64,000 nt of DNA, from positions 1 to 64,000 of the forward strand of contig JAPSGB010000024.1 of the NCBI GenBank assembly GCA_035063585.1. Direction: 5' to 3'. The first letter of the stretch is position 1; every line of letters begins with the position of its first letter. The translations under genes were made by a program, and so were the position numbers. The notes under the pieces are model-generated. The model saw only the letters and a program-made list of their open reading frames with translations. It made no database searches and had not been told where the DNA came from. This document shows positions 57,464-64,000 of this stretch, piece after piece. Source of the DNA: Polyangiaceae bacterium. GTDB taxonomy: Bacteria; Myxococcota_A; Polyangia; Polyangiales; Polyangiaceae.

Positions 57464-57627
57464 CCGATCCTCCTGCCCGGTCTGTCACCGGCGGGCCGGA
57501 ACTTAAGCGATTCGCCGCTGGGATCAAGCCCGCCTCGGGCGAAATCGGCGCGAAGCGCTTGCATCGAGACGATTTTGCGGATAGGGAAGCGGGCCCCGTC
57601 GGTCGGAAGCCGGCGGCCCCCCTCGAT

Positions 57628-57698
57628 TGGGGGATCGTCTAACGGCAGGACGCAAGATTCTGGTTCTTGTTATCTAGGTTCGAATCCTGGTCCCCCAG
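57628..57698 (+). tRNA. tRNA-Gln (anticodon CTG)
   Basis: Acceptor stem TGGGGGA/TCCCCCA; anticodon arm CAAGA-TTCTGGT-TCTTG; T-loop GGTTCGAATCC. CCA is not encoded. Confidence 0.93.
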
Positions 57699-57732
57699 CC
57701 CACCGCCGCCCCGCACCAGAGGGGGCGGCACT

Positions 57733-57804
57733 GGCCCCATCGTCTAGCGGTTAGGACATCGGCCTCTCACGCCGGTAACCCGGGTTCGAGTCCCGGTGGG
57801 GTCG
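57733..57804 (+). tRNA. tRNA-Glu (anticodon CTC)
   Basis: Acceptor stem GGCCCCA/TGGGGTC; anticodon arm TCGGC-CTCTCAC-GCCGG; T-arm GGTTCGAGTCC. CCA is not encoded. Confidence 0.93.
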
Positions 57805-57838
57805 CAACGACGAGCGCGCTCGCGAGGGCGCGCTCTGA

Positions 57839-58747
57839 TCACTCCCCCGCCCCCGCGGGTCGCGGGAGCTCGAGGAGCACGGGCGGCGCGTCGGCCGGCT
57901 CGGGGACGAGCTGCCAGGGCTTTGCGCCGTGCGGAGCGCGCTCCCGAAGGAGCCACTCGTAGACCTCCCTCGCCCAGCCGATCCGGGCGTTCATGGTCGG
58001 GTGGATGTGATCGCCGACCCGCGGCAGGTCGCCCACCAGGCGGGTCGTGTCGAGGAAGCGGCACGGGCGCGCGCTGTCGTGGATCACCTGCATCAGCTCG
58101 CCCTTCGCGCCCTTCCAGAGCGGCGCGCCGATCCACACGCAAGGCCGGTCGCCGATCTCGCGCACGATCCGCTCGATGAGCGGCGCGCGCTGGCTGGGGT
58201 CGGGCACCATGAGCTCGTTCGCGCCGAGCGACACGAGCACGAGATCGGGGTTCGACTGCGCGAGCGCGAGCCTGAGGTCGCCGCCCCACGCCCACTGCGG
58301 GATGAAGCTCGCCGTCTTGAACTTCAGCACGCCGCGCACGCCGGCCGCCTTGAAGAGCTTGTCGAGCTCGATGCCGAGCGCGCCGGCCATCGAGTCGCCG
58401 ATGTGGAGCACGGTCGTCCCGGCCGGCGCGGGCGGCGGGGCGGGGTCCGAAGCGGGCGCGGGCGGCGGGGCGGGGTCCGAAGCGGGCGCGGGCGGCGGGG
58501 CGGGGTCCGAAGCGGGCGCGGGCGCGGACTCCCTAGGGCTGGGGGGTCGGTCCGGCGCGGGCTCGGCGTGGGCCGCCTCGGCAGCTTCGCTCGCCGCGCG
58601 CGCGTCGAGCGGCGCTGCCGGCGCGGGGCTCGGCGCGGCGGCGCGCGCCGGTTGCGAGGGCGGCGCGACGCCGCACGCGACGAGGAGCGGCGCGGCGAGC
58701 GCGAGCGCACGCTCGAGCCGACGGCGGGGCACGGCACGTCTCTTCAC
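57839..58747 (-). CDS. SGNH/GDSL-type hydrolase lipoprotein (DUF459-like)
   Basis: Lipobox LVAC; Pro-rich linker; block motifs IGDSM, LGANE and DHIHP. Start codon uncertain. Confidence 0.75.
   Translation of the reverse strand: MKRRAVPRRRLERALALAAPLLVACGVAPPSQPARAAAPSPAPAAPLDARAASEAAEAAHAEPAPDRPPSPRESAPAPASDPAPPPAPASDPAPPPAPASDPAPPPAPAGTTVLHIGDSMAGALGIELDKLFKAAGVRGVLKFKTASFIPQWAWGGDLRLALAQSNPDLVLVSLGANELMVPDPSQRAPLIERIVREIGDRPCVWIGAPLWKGAKGELMQVIHDSARPCRFLDTTRLVGDLPRVGDHIHPTMNARIGWAREVYEWLLRERAPHGAKPWQLVPEPADAPPVLLELPRPAGAGE
58425..58524. repeat. 30-bp coding tandem repeat (PAPASDPAPP x3)
   Basis: GGCGCGGGCGGCGGGGCGGGGTCCGAAGCG repeated three times plus a partial copy. Confidence 0.9.
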
Positions 58748-58889
58748 GTGGTGGGTTCTTACCCCGCCAGGCCGAGCCGCGCGAGCCCGCACGAGCCCGC
58801 ACGAGCGGCGCGTGAGCCGCTGCCAAGCCTACTCCCGGGGGGAAAGGTCCGCCGAGACCCCTCCCCCACGTGGGGTCACTCCGCGGGCC

Positions 58890-60182
58890 TCAGGGACAGC
58901 ACGTCGAATTCCATCCCACCCCCACGTCGCGATTCTTGCACCCGGCCCGGCCGCTCACCAGGTTTCGCGCGGCGTGGGTGCCCCCGGCGTAGGAGTACGC
59001 GTGCGGGCGGCCGGGGTAGTACTTCTGGCAGTCCGCGTCGAAGCCGGGCGCGCGCGCGCTCGAGACGCCGGAGAGGTCGACGCCGGGCAGCGCGCCCGCG
59101 ACGTCCACGTCGAGCACGCAGCCGTGGCCCGGCGCTTCGTGCTGCGCCTTCGGGCAGCGGGGCGCGTCCTTCGACGCGCAGCGAACGCCGTTCCACGCCT
59201 CCCCCGCCGGGCAGTCCGCGCGGACGACTCCGAGCTCGCAGCGTGAGCCGTCTCCGGTGCGGCCGAACGGGCACTCGGTGCTCGGCAACGTGAGCGCGCA
59301 GCGCATCCCGAGATGAGAGCCCCACTCGCGCGGGCGGAAGCGGTTTCGGAGCTTCGTGCTCATCCACTTGTCGAAGCGCCGGCTCCAGCTCCCCCCGCGG
59401 TACACCCGGGTGAGCCCGTGGACGGGCGGCCACGGATAGGTGCCGAACCAATCGCCCGTCCACTCCCAGACGTTGCCGGTCATGTCGTAGAGGCCGAACG
59501 CGCCGGGCGCGTAGGAGCGCACCTTGCAAGAGCCGCCCGGGTGCTTCCAGCAGGTCCGGCCATCGGGCGCTTCGTTCCCCCAGGAAAAGTTGCGGTACTC
59601 TGCGCCTCCGCGCGCTGCGTACTCCCACTCGACCTCGGTCGGTAGCCGCGCTCCGCGCCACCCGCAGTAGCCCGCGGCGTCGCTGAAATCGACGCAATTG
59701 ACCGGGTGCTCGCCGCGCTCCGGGTAGCGCGCGTTGCAGAAGCGGCGGGTGTCGCGCGCGGGCGTGCACCGCTTCGCCGCCACGCAGGCGGCGTAGGCTG
59801 CGACGGTGACCTCGGTCTCGTCGAGGCAGAACGACGCGACCTCGGTCTCGAAGCGCGGGCTCTCCTCGCTCGCCCCCACGCCCGCCGCGGAGCCGACCCG
59901 GAACGCGCCCCCCGGGATCGACCGCATTCCCGCCGGGCAGGTCGCCGGCGCAGCGGCCCGCGCTCCGGTGGGCGCCGCCGAGGACGTCGCCGGCGCAGCC
60001 GACAGCGCTCCGGCGGGCGCCGCCGAGGAGGTCGCGGGCGCCGCCGACGGCGCGCTCGTCGCCGGGGACGCGCGCTCCTGGTCGGCGCCTCGCGCGCACC
60101 CCGCGAGGCTCCCCGCGACGCCGGCCGCGCCGCACCAGCCAATCAGCCGGAGAACCAGGGCGAGGCTCGGGCGGGTCATCAC
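58890..60182 (-). CDS. SUMF1/FGE-sulfatase domain lipoprotein with Cys-rich C-terminus
   Basis: Lipobox LAGC; motifs CPAGMRSIPGG, LDETEVT, RLPTEVEWEYAARG, FGLYDMTGNVWEW, RGGSW and GMRC. Confidence 0.88.
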   Translation of the reverse strand: MMTRPSLALVLRLIGWCGAAGVAGSLAGCARGADQERASPATSAPSAAPATSSAAPAGALSAAPATSSAAPTGARAAAPATCPAGMRSIPGGAFRVGSAAGVGASEESPRFETEVASFCLDETEVTVAAYAACVAAKRCTPARDTRRFCNARYPERGEHPVNCVDFSDAAGYCGWRGARLPTEVEWEYAARGGAEYRNFSWGNEAPDGRTCWKHPGGSCKVRSYAPGAFGLYDMTGNVWEWTGDWFGTYPWPPVHGLTRVYRGGSWSRRFDKWMSTKLRNRFRPREWGSHLGMRCALTLPSTECPFGRTGDGSRCELGVVRADCPAGEAWNGVRCASKDAPRCPKAQHEAPGHGCVLDVDVAGALPGVDLSGVSSARAPGFDADCQKYYPGRPHAYSYAGGTHAARNLVSGRAGCKNRDVGVGWNSTCCP

Positions 60183-60244
60183 GTCTCGAAAAGCATCGCC
60201 GCTTACGACTAGGATGCGCGCGTGGCAAGGTCGAACGCGGGATC

Positions 60245-61327
60245 ATGAGCGCGGGGCTCCGGCTCGAGGGCCTCCACCGGCGGCACCCGGGCGCCGAGCG
60301 CGCGGCGGTCGACGCGCTCGAGCTCGAGGTAAGTGAGGGTGAGGTCGTGTGCCTGGTCGGGCCGAGCGGGTGCGGCAAGAGCAGCACGCTCCGGCTCGTG
60401 GCGGGGCTCGATCTGCCGGACGCGGGGCGAGTCCTCATCGACGGCGCGGACGTCACCCGACTGCCGCCGCAGGAGCGCGACGTCGCCATGGTGTTCCAGG
60501 GGTTCGCGCTCTACCCGCACATGAAAGTAAAGCAGATACTTGAATTTCCGCTCGAGATGCGACGGGTACCGAAGCGCGAGCGAGCGCGCGCGGTCGGCGA
60601 GGCCGCCGAGCTGCTCGGCATCACGCGGCTGCTCGAGCGGCGCCCCGGGCAGCTCTCGGGCGGCGAGCAGCAGCGGGTCGCGATGGGGCGCGCCATCGTG
60701 CGGCGTCCGAAGGTGTTCCTCTTCGACGAGCCGCTCTCGAACCTCGACGCCGCGCTCCGCGCCGAGCTGCGCGTCGAGCTCGGCAAGCTGCTCGCCCGAC
60801 TCGGCCGCGCCGCCGTCTACGTCACCCACGACCAGGTCGAGGCGATGACGCTCGGCCACCGGATCGCGGTGATGCGCGCCGGCAAGCTCGAACAGTGCGA
60901 CACGCCGCGGCGGATCTACGAGGCCCCTGCCTCCACCTTCGTCGCCTCCTTCTTCGGCGCGCCGCCCATGAACCTGCTCGGCCTCGAGCGCGACGGGGCG
61001 CTCGCTCGCGCCGCCGGGCTCGCCCTCCCCGCGCCCCCGGGCGGCGGCGCGCGGCTGGTCCTCGGCGTGCGGCCCGAGCACGTCCGCGTCGAGGGGCACG
61101 CGCCGCCCGGTGTCGCCGAGCGCGCCGACGCCGCCGCGGTGCGCGCGCGCGTCACCGCCGTGGAGCAGCTCGGCAGCGAGACGCACGTGGAGCTCGACGC
61201 CGCCGGGCAGCGGCTCCGCGCGCGGCTCGCTGGCTTCGACGCCCCCGCGCTCGGCGGAGAGGTCACCGCGCGCTTCGACGTCGAGCGCGTCGTGTGGTTC
61301 GACGGCGAGACGGAGCGCGCGCTGTGA
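60245..61327 (+). CDS. Carbohydrate/glycerol-3-phosphate ABC transporter ATP-binding protein (UgpC/MalK-like)
   Basis: Motifs GPSGCGKS, MVFQGFALYPHM, LSGGEQQR, DEPLSNLDA and YVTHDQVEAM; TOBE domain. Confidence 0.93.
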   Translation: MSAGLRLEGLHRRHPGAERAAVDALELEVSEGEVVCLVGPSGCGKSSTLRLVAGLDLPDAGRVLIDGADVTRLPPQERDVAMVFQGFALYPHMKVKQILEFPLEMRRVPKRERARAVGEAAELLGITRLLERRPGQLSGGEQQRVAMGRAIVRRPKVFLFDEPLSNLDAALRAELRVELGKLLARLGRAAVYVTHDQVEAMTLGHRIAVMRAGKLEQCDTPRRIYEAPASTFVASFFGAPPMNLLGLERDGALARAAGLALPAPPGGGARLVLGVRPEHVRVEGHAPPGVAERADAAAVRARVTAVEQLGSETHVELDAAGQRLRARLAGFDAPALGGEVTARFDVERVVWFDGETERAL

Positions 61328-62577
61328 GGCGGCGGGCGCTGCTCGCCGGGCTCGGGGCGCTCGCGTTCGGCGGCTGTCGCGACCCCGGCGCGGCGCCGCC
61401 CGGTCGCGTGGCGACCTCGCTCTGGTTCTCGTACGGCGGGAGGAACCGAGAGGTCCTCGAGGCGCTGGTCGCGCGGTTCAATCGCGTGAGCGAGCGCTTC
61501 TTCGTGCACGCCGTCTACCAGGGCGACTACTTCGAGGGGCTCGCCAAGCTCCGCACGGCGATCGCCGCGGGGGCGGCGCCGAGCCTGAGCCACGTGATCG
61601 GCGAGGTGGTGCCGTACCTCGCCGAGGCCGGCGTGCTCGAGCCGCTCGGCGACTACCCCGGTGCGCGCGAGCTCACGCACGAGCTGGTGCCCGAGCTCGG
61701 TCAGTCGGGCTCGTGGCAGGGCGGCGCCGGGCGCCCGCTCGTGGCGCTGCCGTTCAACCGCTCCACGCCCATCGCGTACCTGAACGGCGAGGTCTTCCGC
61801 GCCGCCGGCCGCGCCGCCCCGACCACCTGGCGCGAGCTCAGGGAGACCGCGCGGGCGCTCACGAGCGAGGGCCGCTTCGGGTTCGGTTGCCCCATCGACT
61901 GGTGGTTCTGGGTCGCGCTGGTCGGGCAAGCCGGGGGGCGTATCGTGGAGCCGAGCGGCGAGCTCTCGCTCGGCGGCGCGGCCGGCGCGGAGGCCATCGA
62001 GCTCTGGCAGACGCTCGTGCACGTCGATCGCAGCATGAAGCCGCCGCCCGGCCGTGACTATAACGCTTGGGAGGCCACCAACCAGGATTTCCTCGCCGGG
62101 CGCACCCGGATGATCTGGACCAGCACGGCGTTCCTGAAATACCTGGAGGACAACGCGAGCTTCCCGGTGGTAGCGGCGCCGCTGCCCGCGCGAGAGCAGC
62201 GCGCGGTGCCGACCGGCGGGACGCACTGGGTCATCATGAAGAGCGCGCCCGCGCGCGAGAAGCAGGCCGCGTGGGCGTTCCTCCGCTTCATGCACGAGCC
62301 CGCGCAGGTCATCGAGTGGGCGACCCGGACGGGTTACCTGCCGGTCACGCGGGGCGCCATCGCCGAGCTCGAGCGGCGCGGCTACTACCGCGCGCACCCG
62401 AACGACCGCGTGGCGCTCGACCAGCTCGCCTGGGCGATGCCGTGGCCCTGGTCGGCGGAGCTCTTCCGGGTGGAGCGCGAGATCGTGCAGCCCGGGCTCG
62501 AGCACGCCGTGCTCGCGCGAGGGGACGCCCGCCAGGTGATCGCGGACGGCGCGCGCGCCGCGCGGGAGGCGGACTAG
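61324..62577 (+). CDS. ABC transporter substrate-binding lipoprotein (UgpB-like)
   Basis: Tat-like RRR with lipobox FGGC; motifs LPFNRSTP, PTTW.EL, PTGG and TGYLP. Confidence 0.88.
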   Translation: MRRRALLAGLGALAFGGCRDPGAAPPGRVATSLWFSYGGRNREVLEALVARFNRVSERFFVHAVYQGDYFEGLAKLRTAIAAGAAPSLSHVIGEVVPYLAEAGVLEPLGDYPGARELTHELVPELGQSGSWQGGAGRPLVALPFNRSTPIAYLNGEVFRAAGRAAPTTWRELRETARALTSEGRFGFGCPIDWWFWVALVGQAGGRIVEPSGELSLGGAAGAEAIELWQTLVHVDRSMKPPPGRDYNAWEATNQDFLAGRTRMIWTSTAFLKYLEDNASFPVVAAPLPAREQRAVPTGGTHWVIMKSAPAREKQAAWAFLRFMHEPAQVIEWATRTGYLPVTRGAIAELERRGYYRAHPNDRVALDQLAWAMPWPWSAELFRVEREIVQPGLEHAVLARGDARQVIADGARAAREAD

Positions 62578-62580
62578 CCG

Positions 62581-63447
62581 ATGCGGCCGCGACGCGCGCT
62601 CGATCCGGCGTTCATGCTCGCGCCGACCGGCGTCATCCTCGCGCTCTTCTTCTTCTGGCCGCTGCTCGTGGCGGCGTGGCAGAGCCTGTTCGCGTGGGAT
62701 CTGCTCACCCCGCCGCGCTGGGTCGGGCTCGCGAACTACCGCGGGCTCCTCGGGAGCGGTGAGCTCGTCGCGATCATATTTCGTACGCTGATATTCAGCG
62801 TGCTAACGGTTGCCGGCTCGATGGGGCTCGGGCTCGGGCTCGCCCTCGCGCTGAACCGCCCCGGGCGACTCGCCGGGTTCGCGCGCGGGAGCGTGTTCTC
62901 GGCGTACGTCGTGAGCTGGGTGAGCGTCGCGCTCTTGTTCCTGTGGCTGCTCGACGCCGACGCCGGCGCCCTCACCCGCGCGGTCGCCGCGACCGGGCTT
63001 CATCCACCCAATTGGCTCGGCGATCCGCGGGTGGCGCTCTACACGCTCGCCGGCGTCACCATCTGGAAGATCGCCGGCTACGCGATGGTGCTCTTCATCG
63101 CCGGGCTGCAAGACATCCCCGCGGCGCTCTACGAGGCGGCGTCGCTCGACGGCGCGGGGCGCTTCGCGCGCTTTCGGCACGTCACCTGGCCGCTGCTGCG
63201 GCCCACCGCGGCCTTCGTCGGCACCACCAGCCTGATCCTCTCGTTCCAGGTGTTCGACGTGGTCCGCGTGATGACCCAGGGGGGGCCGGTGCGCTCGACC
63301 ACGGTGTTCGTGTACGCGATCTACGAGCAGATCTTCATGAACCTCCGGGTCGGCCGCGCGAGCGCGGAGGTGGTGGTGTTCTTCGTGCTCCTCTGCGCGC
63401 TCACCCTGCTCCAGCTCTGGGCCTGGCGAAAGCGAGGTGAGGCGTGA
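62581..63447 (+). CDS. ABC transporter permease (UgpA-like)
   Basis: TM helices; EAA loop LYEAASLDGA; FRHVTWPLL and MTQGGP. Confidence 0.93.
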   Translation: MRPRRALDPAFMLAPTGVILALFFFWPLLVAAWQSLFAWDLLTPPRWVGLANYRGLLGSGELVAIIFRTLIFSVLTVAGSMGLGLGLALALNRPGRLAGFARGSVFSAYVVSWVSVALLFLWLLDADAGALTRAVAATGLHPPNWLGDPRVALYTLAGVTIWKIAGYAMVLFIAGLQDIPAALYEAASLDGAGRFARFRHVTWPLLRPTAAFVGTTSLILSFQVFDVVRVMTQGGPVRSTTVFVYAIYEQIFMNLRVGRASAEVVVFFVLLCALTLLQLWAWRKRGEA

Positions 63448-64000
63448 AGCTCCGGCGCGCGCTCGGCGCCGCCGCGCTCCTCGCGGTCGCGCTCGTGTGG
63501 CTCCTGCCCTACCTCTGGATGCTGCTCACCAGCATGAAGACGCTGCCCGAGATCGTGCGCGCGCCGACCGCGCCGCTGCCCTCCGGGCTGCACCTCGAGG
63601 CCTATCGCGAGGTCATGCGGAGCATGCCGCTCGCGCGCTACTTCTGGAACACGACGGTGATGGCGGTCGGCATCGCGCTCCTGCAGATGGCGACCGCGCT
63701 CCCCGCCGGCTACGCGCTCGCCAAGCTCCGCTTCCGCGGGCGGGCGCTCGCCTTCGGGATGGTGGTGGCGACCTTGCTCATCCCGGCGCAGGTGCGCTTC
63801 GTGCCGGTGTTCTCGATGCTCGCGCGCGCCGGGCTCACCAACACCATGAGCGCGCTCATCCTCCCGTTCGGGGTGAGCGCGTTCGGCGTCTTCCTCGTGC
63901 GCCAGGCGCTCATGAGCGTCCCCGACTCGCTCATCGAGGCCGCGCGGATGGACGGCGCGAGTGAGCTTCGCATCATCTACCGGCTGCTCGCGCCGCTACT
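63444..64000 (+). CDS. ABC transporter permease (UgpE-like), truncated by the window end
   Basis: GTG start overlapping the upstream stop; LLPYLWMLLTSMK, AGYALAKLRFRG and LIEAARMDGA. Confidence 0.9.
   Translation, partial: MKLRRALGAAALLAVALVWLLPYLWMLLTSMKTLPEIVRAPTAPLPSGLHLEAYREVMRSMPLARYFWNTTVMAVGIALLQMATALPAGYALAKLRFRGRALAFGMVVATLLIPAQVRFVPVFSMLARAGLTNTMSALILPFGVSAFGVFLVRQALMSVPDSLIEAARMDGASELRIIYRLLAPL

Noticed and set aside
57559..57587. Sigma70 promoter for the tRNA pair (TTGCAT-N17-TAGGGA)
   Set aside because: The position is plausible, but the -10 match is too weak to call from sequence alone.
57628..57840. Prophage or genomic island integrated at the tRNA genes
   Set aside because: There is no integrase and no duplicated tRNA 3' end, and the flanking genes are ordinary chromosomal genes.

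Overview
This is a very GC-rich, gene-dense chromosomal window, most likely from a myxobacterium (Polyangiaceae/Sorangium-like). That assignment is inferred from gene content: Hanks kinases, sigma54 activators, Cys-rich lipoproteins and several FGE-sulfatase-fold lipoproteins. The first ~1.5 kb holds decayed IS remnants (two IS3-family, probably one IS5-family). The standout locus (about 4.3-12.9 kb) is a compact signalling operon: Ser/Thr kinase-PilZ, REC-EAL, FHA-GGDEF and a V4R-like histidine kinase. It lies behind a sigma54-type -24/-12 promoter and is divergent from an NtrC-family activator, so it could link c-di-GMP, Ser/Thr phosphorylation and two-component signalling in one circuit. 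The rest is mostly housekeeping and envelope genes: thiS, VanW, an L,D-transpeptidase, argC, hisS, ruvX, mltG, tkt, nagZ, glmM, yajQ, folC, accD, mepA, dut, bamD, greA, a yfgM/bamB-like pair, an orphan groEL, tRNA-Gln, tRNA-Glu and a Ugp/Mal-type ABC importer. A 28-bp XerC/XerD dif-like site at 54439-54466, with KOPS-like octamers switching strand around it, suggests the window spans the replication terminus. No CRISPR array, prophage or reverse transcriptase was seen. All product calls come from reading motifs by eye; no database searches were run, and several start codons are best guesses.
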